Source of the DNA: Octopus bimaculoides
Taxonomy: Eukaryota
Assembly: GCF_001194135.2 (NCBI RefSeq)
Contig: NC_068994.1
Coordinates: 27,591,536 to 27,643,497 of the forward strand
Length of the DNA: 51,962 bases
Reading direction: 5' to 3'
Shown here: one piece after another, positions 27,570-39,720 of the stretch
Position numbering within the stretch: position 1 is the first letter of the stretch
Layout: every line of letters starts with the position of its first letter
The notes under the pieces: model-generated
Databases searched by the model: none
What the model was told of the DNA's origin: nothing
The model's input: the letters and a program-made list of their open reading frames with translations, nothing else
Position numbers and translations under genes: made by a program

Positions 27570-27850
27570 GTGCAGCTCCAAGTAATGCTGATTTTTGCAA
27601 TACACCTAGATTGTAGGGTATTTCTAAAGTTTCCAGATGTTTCTTCAGGTTGGGTGGTATTGAACCCAATGTTCCAATGACAACAGGGACAACCTTAATG
27701 CTTGAGTCTTGTAGCTGCCACATCTTGGTGATCTTGATTCTCAGGTCTCCATATTTATCAATCTTTTCTCTTTCTTTCATGGTAATATGTTGATCTCCTG
27801 GCACTCTGCCACAACAATTATTAGGCACACTTTGAAGTTAATGTTACAAA
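27570..27850 (-). mobile_element. R4/Dong-like LINE endonuclease C-terminal fragment
   Basis: KEREKIDKYGDLRIKITKMW...VVPVVIGTLG...LQKSALLGAAHI. Confidence 0.8.
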
Positions 27851-27930
27851 TGATTAGATTACTAGCATCAAATAACCCCAATAGCACCGACCCCTTTTGT
27901 TCTGTATTTTTATTATTATTATTATTATTA

Positions 27931-28014
<84 letters not shown>

Positions 28015-28200
28015 TTTTTCTGAAAAATTTTTGGTATAAGCATTTCTGTTTGTATTGTTACTTTTGGCAGCTATTTCTAGCATCTCATCTGCTTCCTTTT
28101 GGACCAGTGGCTTTCCTTGCCTTCATATCCTTAATGGCCATTTTGAATGTAAGACTGTCAGTTGGAATAGGTGGTATCTCTCTTGACTCTATTTGGTGTA

Positions 28201-28286
<86 letters not shown>

Positions 28287-28494
28287 GATATCATTATGTG
28301 TACATTTAGTATCCTGGTTCATACTAACATACTGCTTTGCCTCTGATCCTCATACCATATCTTGTGTCTCTGATCCTCATGCCACAGAATATTGGCAACT
28401 CTCTTAAATTCTACTTCTCTCTTAACATCTATTTTCTCTTCTAGTTCCCTCCTTTCTTCCTTCTTTCTAGACTATCAACTATTCCACCACCATT

Positions 28495-28925
28495 GGATCT
28501 TTCTGATTTGGCGGCCACCATTTGTTTTCTAACGAAACACTTTCAAACTTGAGATACTGGTAGAATGTGTCATATAAAACATCTTTTTCTCTTAGCCTTG
28601 TTAAGAAAAGTTTGTATATTCGAAGTTAATTCATGTTAAAAGTTGTCGTATTTCGGTAATTTCAACCAATCACTGACGTCTATTGAGGTGAAAACAATTA
28701 CTGCTGTGGTTTGTCAACAACACGTTGTGGCGGTGTAATGGGATCTTTTCTCTTGAATAAAATTACTGCCATTGTTTGTCAACAACAATTATCGGCGGTA
28801 TTGTTATTTATGACATCATTCGTGCGTTTGTACTGGTTTTAGCTTTAGGGTTAGGGTTAGGGTTAGGGTTAGGGTTAGGGTTAGGGTTATGAGTATTTTT
28901 GCCAAATTTGGTGAAAATCTGTTCA
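28495..28925 (+). mobile_element. Non-autonomous DNA-type element carrying an internal (TTAGGG)7 tract
   Basis: Shares about 190 bp with the inverted copy at 25361-25543; TTAGGG x7 at 28845-28886; weak end similarity gatttggc / gccaaat. Confidence 0.55.
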
Positions 28926-29252
28926 ATACACCACCACAAATTTTTCACCAAATTTATAATAACACAGAGATAACCACTGCAGAGTTAACCAGATGAATTT
29001 CTTTCACGCTAGCTACTTGATAAATTCTTATATAAGATTTTATCCTATTATTGAATTAATTAAATATATAACCGGAATATATTCAGTGCTGAATTTTATT
29101 CCGAATAAAAACACATGTACCAAAGTGCAGCTCAAAAAGCCCGCCTTTTTCATAGATATATAAGGATAAACAATCTTCTATGTGCTGTCCAGAATACATG
29201 AGGTGTTCATTTGGTATGTTGATTTTTTGTATGTGTCTTGGTATGTGTCTTG

Positions 29253-29324
29253 ACTATACTATACTGACGAGTGAAGATTATATAATACTATAATGATCAC
29301 GAAATCGGCGATCTATAGTTAAGT
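29253..29324 (+). ncRNA. Type I hammerhead ribozyme, all core positions intact
   Basis: Stem I ACTATA (29258-63)/TATAGT (29314-19); core CTGACGA (29264-70); stem II GTGA/TCAC plus ATTATA/TATAAT; GAAA (29301-04); stem III ATC/GAT; cleavage triplet AUC ending at 29313. Confidence 0.8.
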
Positions 29325-30495
29325 TTGTTTTTAAACGCATTCGGTAAAAATGTGTTTATTATGGTAGTTAACATGAGGCATTCTTGTATAGTTATGCCCT
29401 TATATATATATATAAAAACACATATTGCATGAAACCATGGGCAAGTGTCTTCTACTATGGCCCAGGCTGTGAGTTTGTGAGTGAAAACAAGCCCCTCAAG
29501 GGTTGGTGATGGGAAGGGCAACTAGCCATAGAAAATCTGCCTCAACAAATTCTGTCTGATCTATGAAATCATGGAAAAATGGATGTTAAATGATGCGATG
29601 ATGATGATAATGATGATGATATAACGTTAATGACAGCCAATTATTGGGGTTGATGTAATCAACTGAACCCCTTCCCCTAAAATAGCTAGCCTTGTACCAA
29701 AATTTGAAACAATTAGTTTTACCTTAACATCCATGTGTATGTTTGTGCTGACTGGAAGTTATTGCTTTAGAATTCAATATTTATAGTATCCAACATTTAG
29801 CAATTATCAACTATATTTCTAGCTTGTAAGATATTTTATCTACTTCTTAAGAATAATTAAACTCAGTTATTTTTTTTTACTTCGATGCATATCAAAAGTT
29901 CTTGTTGCATTGACTATTGTACACAACTGCTCTGCTCTATCAGCTCAAAAGTGATCTCTAACATTTAAAATCCAGATTTAACTATCTGCACATCATCTCT
30001 TCATATTTCACTGACAGACTAACAAAGGAGTGTCTAATGCAGTCACTAAAGCTGTTGGAAACAGCAGCCAAAGTTCCTTCAAATCCTCACTCTGCCGTAT
30101 TATAAATGGAAAGACAGAGTGCACAGTATATTTATAGGTTAGATATGCAAAATGTCAGGAAGATCATAACTAGAATGCTTTGATAATAATAGGTTTGTTC
30201 AATGAAGGATGATCTGGTACTAAACACCAGGAGCACATATGTGGATGGTTGATTAATCTGCTAAAAGTAGCATTCAAATCTCCCTCAAGTCACACCATAC
30301 ATTCTTGAAACACAATATATTGGATAGTGAGGTTTTGTAATGCCTGCTCATAGATAAGTAATGAGATGGTCATGGCTGAAATGCTTTTGATCATAGTTGA
30401 GTGTGACCAGGATTAGCTGATCATAAGCTGATATCACACCTCTAAACTAATACAATTGTTTCTCTTATATTGATTGACCAATATCTTTCACTCTC

Positions 30496-31144
<649 letters not shown>

Positions 31145-31249
31145 CCCAGATGCAGTACCAGGCAGTGGCTCTCATGGCTTCTAATCTTAATTGATTGGAA
31201 GTGTTATCATGTACATTGTTTTGTCTTGGTATAAAAGATGGACTACATC

Positions 31250-32390
31250 AAATATTCAGACAAATACATAACAAAAACACCAGGACTAACAAATATATAT
31301 AACATACAGAAAATAGCACTACTGGGCACTGCACACATCCTACACAAAACACTTTCAATATAGTAACCATAAAAGCATCATAGCAAATCACAGCACATAC
31401 CCAAGGCACACAGGGCTGCGCTCAGTAGTGCAGTGAAAGCACATTATAAAAATAAGACTACTGAATAATAATAATAATAAAACAGGCAAAGAAATATCTA
31501 AGTGAAATTCCAAATACAACAAATCCCAGAATTAGACATACTGGAAACAAGCACAAAAAAGCTAAGCATATGAAAACCCATGCTAAAACTGCTGCCTTAG
31601 ATATTCTTAATGATAAATGACAAGAAAAACCTCTCAAAGGCAAATACCCAAAGAGAGCTAATAATGCCAATGTTGACAAAGCCTTTCCCTATCAATGGTT
31701 AGTGTCTTCTGGCTTAAAGTCAGAAACAGAAGGGTTTACCATAGCAGCCCATGATCAATGCCTACTTATAAGCAGCTACCAGGCCATCACATTAAAGAAC
31801 AGTAGTAGCCTAACATGTCATTATGTAAACAACAAAATGAAACCATTGATCATGTTGTTTCCATGTGCAGTCTTCTTGTGCCTACAGAGTATCTCAACAG
31901 GCATATCAGAGCAGCACATTGTTTTCCTGGGTAATTTGCAAAAACTTGGACCTGCCCCATGATAAAAACTGATGGGAAGACAAACCACCTTCAGTGCTTG
32001 AAAATGACATCTCACTCCTCTGGAACTTCACTGTTCAAACTGATAGAAAGATAGATGCGAATAGGCCAGACATTATTCTGAAGGACTTCAGACAAAAATC
32101 ATGCCTCCTCATTGATATGACTGTCCTAATCAACATAAATGTTGAAATAGAAATTGGCAAAATGTGAAACCTCAAGGCTAAAACAATACCTGTTGTCATA
32201 GGTACCCTAGGAATGATAGCAAAAGGGATTGATTCCTACCTAGCTCAGATGCCAGGAAAACCCAAAATGGCAGAAGTTCAAAAGCTTGTGCTCATTGGAA
32301 CTGCTCATATCCTGCATAAAATATTGTCTATGTAATCTCAAATTTTAAAACAAACTTATAATTTTCTTGTTTTCTTAAACATTCTCTAGA
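31250..32390 (+). mobile_element. Two adjacent R4/Dong-like LINE 3' fragments
   Basis: First: NIQKIALLGTAHIL plus UTR and (AAT)n tail ending about 31480. Second: QWLVSSGLKSETEGF.IAA.DQ, ANRPDIILKD, IPVVIGTLG and KLVLIGTAHIL. Confidence 0.8.
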
Positions 32391-32419
32391 ACAATACTTT
32401 GGTACAACATGATGGCAAA

Positions 32420-34700
32420 GAATCTTCTTAGTTGGTAAGCTGTGCATGCAGTTGCTGCATCAGAAAGAGCTAAACTCCAGTAACTGCCTTCTCCGAGAAG
32501 ACTTCATAGTTGGCAGGCTTGTCGAAATGTTTCGCAAATCAAGGAGTTTACTAATTTAAGATCTTTGAATGACGTTGGTCCAGGAACTTTCTGGAGAAGC
32601 ATCCAGAGACAGTAGCATTCAAAGTTTTGGAGATGGACCATATAAACTCGACCTAGAGCATTACTTTTTTTATGTGTGGATGCCCTTTGACAGTTACACC
32701 AAGCTTTCTTCTCTTCCACTTCTTAACATGGTTATTCTAGGTGTAATATTTGGGTAGTTCTGGGTAGAAGATGGTTGCGGTGAATGCATCACATCTACAC
32801 AGGTCAAAGAATGCTGTGAGAGTCGTCACCTGTGGTGCATATGTTGGTCCTCTAACTCTTTCAGGATTCAATGGATCAAAATAAACTTTTTGGCTATTTT
32901 CTAAATGAACAGAGAGGTAGACATAACGGCCCATTAGATATTGGTGTACCTCAATGGCCCTATCCACATCTGAAAGGTCAAAGACAGCCATGTCAGACCC
33001 TTTGTTTATATATTTGCATACATACTTGATGGAGTGAACAGAATTGCAAAATTCCATGTTAATGTGTGCCTTGAAAACTCGTAGCAATAAAGGACTATAT
33101 GGAACAATCCATCTGTTGTCTACAATGACCAGACTTTGCTGTGGCCGGAAAGTGAAATGGAATCCACAATCCCCTGGTTTGTGTCTTTTGTACATTGGAT
33201 ACCCATCATTTCCAGTGTATGTTTCAGAAGTGAACTGTTTAGGGTACCCTTTTGAGCACTTTACATTTATCCTGCATGGGGAATTCTGATTATAAGGGCT
33301 GCAGGGACCACGAACCATATGCAATTTGACGATGTAAAAAAGTCGTTTGTTTATATCCTGATTTGGAATCTCCACACTTATAACAGTCAATTTGGGTTGA
33401 GTGCAACTTTTCGTTCAACCAAATCAAAATATGCGCATGTGACCGGCCTCGTTTTTGCCATTCGATGGTATACATTTGACAGGTAACTTCTCCGAATATC
33501 TTTTTCTTTGTAAGTGTGTCCATGAATTTCAATAACTTAATGTGGAAAACGGCTCTTATGGCTAGGGAGAAGTCATTTGAAATTTGTGTCTGTTCTACTA
33601 CAACTTTTAGCTGTCAAATCAGATTATTGTGGGTCAAAAACATGGTCTGGTGAGCAGAAATGATGTCCTCATGCAAGGTTGTTATTATCTGACAGCAGTC
33701 TCCTTAAGTGCTGCTGGTGGTTTCCCATAAAGTAAATTTGCAGAAATTTGGCCTGGTCATTGCTGGATGGTAGACCCTATCAAGTGGTACACCTGACCTT
33801 GAACTCTGAATGTTGTCTGAAATCTTTCCTTTGCTATTTGTTTAGTCACGCCAAAAGATATTTGGAAAGCGGAATTGTAGCGTTAAATGTTGGGGAGGAA
33901 GTGCTTTGATTCTACAGTACACCCATCTAGCAAGTCAAATGATGGCTGTGGAGGAGGTTGTAAAACAGGAATCTGAACCTTGCCTCCAGAGCAACACATT
34001 CCAGGACTTTCACATGTAAACTTCTTTGCCCCACAGAACCTACATTGATGCAATAGCCTGCCTACTCTTACAGCAGGATCTTCACTGTAATATAAATTAG
34101 GATCATATCTAAGAGCCGATTTCTCTTCGCAAAATGCACCTTCCATTGGTACATAGTGTGGGCAGCAGCCATTATATATTGGACACTCGAACTTGTTATA
34201 GTAACACTGTCTATACTGTAGTTTGTTCTAAGAAATGCTTGCCTATTGGATGCTTGTAAGAGGTGGTGGGCATGCTGTTGGTGAGACTCAGCTGCTTGGC
34301 TTGTTGCAGTTCTACATTGGTTCAGTGTAAGGCATTCTGAACGGTGTTCCTGAGACTCAGCAGATCAGGCTGCTGCAGTTGTTTCATAGTAAGCGTGTGG
34401 AACGTGCTTCCTGGCACTCAGCTGCTCTGGTTACTGCAGTTCTACATCTGTTTTGAAGAAGACGTATGGAATGTGCTTCCTGAGAATCAGCTGCTCGCGT
34501 TGCTTCTGTAGTCCACTGATTATGAAGAGGCCGCACCTGGCAGTCTACCTCAGACTCAGATGTCCATGTTACTGTTATTCTACACCTGGTTTTTGAAAGT
34601 CGTCGCAATTGTTCTGTTTGAGACTCTGACATTCGCATTGCTGCAGCTCTTTGTCTATTAGAGAGTAGGTGCTATTCACACTGAAGTGAGTTTTCTTGAG
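32420..34700 (-). mobile_element. Helitron RepHel remnant (Rep/HUH region, helicase absent)
   Basis: EWQKRGRSHAHILIW (HUH motif), IKYVCKYINKGSD, GPCSPYNQNSPC...CSKGYPK, CRFCGAKKFTCESPGMCCSGGKV, QIYF and FRQAC; many stops and frameshifts. Confidence 0.9.
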
Positions 34701-36004
34701 CATGAATAGAGGCAGTTTTCTTTGCGGCCCTTGTTTGTGGAGATAAATTAGAATGTCTTTGTTTTGATGGCATGGCCGAAAAAAGCAAATGATTAAGGAA
34801 CATATAAGATGGAAGACATAGCAATTTGAAGTTGTGCATTGTATAATTTGATTTTTTAGTAACAAATGAAGAGATGTGGAAAAAATTATATGTCAATTTG
34901 TATACTGTTATCATGAGAAGAAGGGGTAAACTCTCAATGATTTGGCTGTTCTATGTTGATAAGTGTAATGCATTCTGTTAGCTGACATATAGTGGAGTGG
35001 ATTACTGGCGTAATAGAAGTTATCGTTTGTTGAAAAGTGAAGGGAAGAGAGTGCAGTTTGCATGAAAGTGATTTATGTTCTTAAGAAGGGTCACAAGCTA
35101 TGTATTGTTTCATTGAATAAAAAGGGGTTGGTATGATTTTGGCCAGAAATCACATTTTTAAAATTATAATTTCCCCCTCCCCACTGAAATTTCCTAATTT
35201 TTAACTGCTTTCCAAATTTTGTTTGTTATCTACATCGAAAAATAGAGATTACGAATGTGGAAAATATAATTTGTTCTTGAAAGTTAAATTTTTTATCTAT
35301 GTGGAAAAATACAGACATTAAGATTATCGGTGGAGGGGGGGGGGGGNNNNNNNNNNNNNNNNNNNNNNNNNNNNNNNNNNNNNNNNNNNNNNNNNNNNNN
35401 NNNNNNNNNNNNNNNNNNNNNNNNNNNNNNNNNNNNNNNNNNNNNNNNNNNNNNNNNNNNNNNNNNNNNNNNNNNNNNNNNNNNNNNNNNNNNNNNNNNN
35501 NNNNNNNNNNNNNNNNNNNNNNNNNNNNNNNNNNNNNNNNNNNNNNNNNNNNNNNNNNNNNNNNNNNNNNNNNNNNNNNNNNNNNNNNNNNNNNNNNNNN
35601 NNNNNNNNNNNNNNNNNNNNNNNNNNNNNNNNNNNNNNNNNNNNNNNNNNNNNNNNNNNNNNNNNNNNNNNNNNNNNNNNNNNNNNNNNNNNNNNNNNNN
35701 NNNNNNNNNNNNNNNNNNNNNNNNNNNNNNNNNNNNNNNNNNNNNNNNNNNNNNNNNNNNNNNNNNNNNNNNNNNNNNNNNNNNNNNNNNNNNNNNNNNN
35801 NNNNNNNNNNNNNNNNNNNNNNNNNNNNNNNNNNNNNNNNNNNNNNNNNNNNNNNNNNNNNNNNNNNNNNNNNNNNNNNNNNNNNNNNNNNNNNNNNNNN
35901 NNNNNNNNNNNNNNNNNNNNNNNNNNNNNNNNNNNNNNNNNNNNNNNNNNNNNNNNNNNNNNNNNNNNNNNNGTGCTCTGAAAGTGTAGCTGCTAGAATA
36001 AGAA

Positions 36005-36945
36005 TAGCCTAGGCAAAGTTCAGAGAGCTCCTACCTCTGCTGGTGACAAAGGGCCTCTTGCTCAGAGTAAAAGGTAGACTGTATGATGCATGTGTATGAA
36101 CAGCCATGCTACATGGCAATGAAACGTGGGCTATGACTGCTGAGGACATGCATAAGCTTGCAAGGAATGAAGCAAGTATGCTCCGCTGGATGTGTAATGT
36201 CAGTGTGCATACACAACAGAGTGTAAGCGCCCTGAGAGAAAAGTTGGACCTAAGAAGCATCAGATGTGGTGTGCAAGAGAGACAACTACGCTGGTATGGT
36301 CATGTGGTGAGAATGGATGAGGATAGATATGTGAAAAAGTCTCACACCTGTGGAAGAGGCACACCTAGGAAGACCTGGGATGAGGTGATGAAGCACAACC
36401 TTCGAACATTAGGCCTCACCGAGGCAATGACTAGTGACTGAGACCTTTGGAAACATGCTGTGCTTGAGAAAACCAGGCAAGCCTAGTGAGAACATAACCC
36501 ATGGCCTATGCCAGTGGTGTAACCAGCCCACTTATGCGTACCTTTCCTTCATTGAACACTAAACTCTGCTTGCAAAGACCTGCTGAGGCAAGTGAAATCG
36601 AAATCAAATTCGATGACAGTACCGCTTGACTGGCATCTGTGCTAGTGGAGCACTAAGAGCACCATCTGAGCGGGATCGTTGCCAGGGCCGCTGACTGGCT
36701 CCCATGCCAGTGGCATGTAAAAGGCACCATTCGAGTGTGAACGTTACCAGCATCGCTTTACTGGCACTTGTGCCAGTGGTACATGAAAAATAACATTCAA
36801 GCGAGGTTGTTGCTAGTGCCTACCGCCTGACTGGTCCTCATGCCAGTGGCACGTAAAAGCACCCACTACACTCTCGGAGTGGTTGGCGTTAGGAAGGGCA
36901 TCCAGCTGTAGAAACTCTACCAGATCAGATTGGAGCCTGGTGCTG
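36005..36945 (+). mobile_element. RTE-clade LINE 3' portion with 3' UTR containing about 65-bp internal repeats
   Basis: LPLLVTKG...MLHGNETWA...RWYGHVVRM...GRGTPRKTW; same family as 7565-8380. Confidence 0.88.
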
Positions 36946-37182
36946 AGTTTGGAGGACGATGTAAATAAAATCAGAATTGATGCATGGTTAAAGGTCATGC
37001 AGAAGACAACACTTCTTGGTATAGAAAGAATTTTAAGGAAAGTCTTGTCTACGTAAGGCACAGGAGAGGAAGTAGGAAGGGGCCTTTGTCAACTTGTTGA
37101 CCACTCCTTGACTGAAATGTTCAGACCATTTAACATCTAAGTGTCTGAGATATACAAAAATGAAACATAATAATAATGGTTT

Positions 37183-37392
37183 CTGACTTTGGTACAATGC
37201 CAGCAATGACAGGGGAGGGGGTTTGTTGATTACATCGATCCCAGTACTTAAGTGGTACTTTATTTTATTGACCTGAAAGGATGAATGGCAAAGTCAAACT
37301 TGACAGTATTTTGAACTCAGAACATGAGTTAGAAGAAATGCCACTAAGCATTTTGCTTCATGCTCTAGTGATTCTGCCAGTTCACTACCTAA
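37183..37392 (-). mobile_element. tRNA-derived SINE
   Basis: Reverse-complement match to 27358-27567, next to (AAT)/(GAT) repeats. Confidence 0.75.
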
Positions 37393-38794
37393 TAATAATA
37401 ATAATAATAGTAATGATAATGATAATGATAATGATGATAATATTAATAATTATAATTCAATGACCATCTTCCATGCTGGCATTGGTTGGACAGTTTGACA
37501 GGAGCAGGCAAGCTGGAGAGCCGTACTAGGCTTCATTGTCTGGTTTCTATGGCAGGATACCCTTTCTACTTTCAACCACTTTACAGAGTGTACTGTGTGC
37601 TTTTTATGTGGCACCAAGCACTGGTACTTTTTAGGTGGTACCAACACCAGTGGGGTCACCAATTAACTTGCAAGAAAAAAACATCTCAGATGGGAGAGAG
37701 AGTGGGACTGAGAGAAGTGGCTTTGTCCCAGGTGAGAGGTTAGAATATAATAGAGGGATAGAGATAGGTATCTTACTATAGAAGAGATACTTGGCTATCC
37801 CAGTAGGAAATGAAAGGAGAGGATGGAGAGATAGAGTTAGAAAGACTGAGAGAGACAGAAAAATGCATAGTGTTGGAGATGCATCAGGACATACTCACAA
37901 GATATAGTGGAGGAGAGCATAAGTGGTACAGGAGATATAGAGGGCGATGTTCCATAAGAGTGTGAGTGGAGATGTTTAGAGATGGGGAAGAGGTGACTGT
38001 ATCAAGTGATGGTGAGACAGGCTGGATTGGCTGAGAAAGGGGAATAGTAGAAATGTGAGAACATGGAAAGTGTGCAGATAAGCACATGAGTGAGAGAGGA
38101 AGTGCCCACAGCAGATGGTGACTGTAAGTGGTGGGATGGTGGGTTTTGGAAAGATGGGTTGTGGAAGAGTTTTGACAGAGGACAGATTATGTGTGTGAGA
38201 TGTTGGGGAGCAAAAGGACTTGTATGTATGGAAGGTCATGATTTTATGTAGCTTGATGTCTTCTCATCTCTGTGAGGCTCAACATCTGAAGACCATTTCT
38301 CACCTCTTCATCCTACATTTTCATGGGTTTATCTCTCGCACTGGTTATCAATTTTAGACAGTTTGGGGCCAAAAGAATACTGTTACACTCAATGCCTACC
38401 AAACAAAAGAGAAACACCTACACAATTGTTTTAAAAAAGTTCTACATACATGAATAAATTCTAAACAATAACATAACCCCAAATTTAATCAATAAAAATT
38501 TCTCCAAAACACCTCTCCAGAATAACCAACCCAAAAACCTAATTACCACTCTACTCAAACCCACATGCCTAAGGAAGACTTTAACTCAACAGAGACTGTA
38601 TAAAGGCAAGACTAACTCTAATGTATTGCAGTTCAATGATGGCTTAACTGGCTGAAACTTAGAAGTCACTGCCAACAACATTCTTGTTTAAGAATAATAA
38701 ATATGTATATATATATATATGTACACACACATACATAAATATATATATATACACACATGCACATGCATGTGTGTGCATGTGTATACAATGTGCT

Positions 38795-38930
38795 TTTTTT
38801 CAGTTTCTATCAAAAAAGGCTTTGGTTGGTCTATAGTAGAAGACACTTGTTCATGATGTCACAGTGGGATTGAACCCAAGACAACATGGTTAGGAAGCAA
38901 GCTTCTTAGCCATATAGCCATACCTGCACT
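38795..38930 (-). mobile_element. Second tRNA-derived SINE family
   Basis: Minus strand TGGCTATATGG (A-box-like) ... GGGTTCAATCCC (B-box-like); related decayed pieces near 41560-41880. Confidence 0.6.
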
Positions 38931-38952
38931 CATATACTATTTATGCACACAT

Positions 38953-39009
<57 letters not shown>

Positions 39010-39079
39010 CAAGTTGTGCATTCCAGAACTTTTGAAAAGTTTCAGAAGAAACATTTATTTTAAAGAAGTAGAAAACTCT

Positions 39080-39720
39080 AATCTCCTTCAAAGTAGAGTC
39101 ATCTCACCTCAAGGGATTTGTTCTAGCAGTCCAGCCACATCCAAAGTGAAGTTGTCTGAGACTCTTGGCAAAGCTTCCTTCACCTCCTTCATCTTAGAGA
39201 ACAACCAAAGGTCACAGAGAGCAAGGTCTGAAGTGTAGGGAGGGCAAGGGACAATTTGAATGAATTCCCATTTCTGTCGAGTAGTTGATTACATGGTTGG
39301 AATTGTGGACGGAATGGATTACATGGTCGGAATTGTGGACGGAATGGATTACATGGTTGGAATTGTGGAATTGCATCAGCAAGTGCTCTGGCCTTTTGTG
39401 ATGAAATCTCTTCTTGAACTCCCTTAAAATCTCCACAAAGTACTCCTTGTTGACAGTTTGGCCAGAGGGAGCCCAATGGATGCAAATGATGATCTTGTTT
39501 TAAAAAAAAAAAGATAATCATGAGTTTCCTGAACAACTTCTTTTGTCTTGCCTCGTGTGCCAAATGAGAAACAGATTCTCAACTCATGAGTTAATCTATA
39601 ATTATAAGTTTTTGTAGTGGTTTTGTCCAGTTTCACACAAAACTTGATTACATAGTAAGCTTCCAAACTCTCTTCATGTCCTGATTGCATTCTTCAAACT
39701 ACTCTGTTGTGACAAGTGAC
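39080..39720 (-). mobile_element. Mariner-like transposase remnant with 30-bp internal tandem repeat
   Basis: YYVIKFCVKLDKTTTKTY and EILREFKKRFHHKRPE pieces; gattacatggttggaattgtggacggaatg x2.8 at 39287-39369. Confidence 0.6.

Noticed and set aside
28845-28886. True telomere
   Set aside because: Only seven units, internal and embedded in a dispersed element.
39287-39369. CRISPR-like 30-bp repeats
   Set aside because: Units are contiguous without spacers, no cas genes, eukaryotic context.
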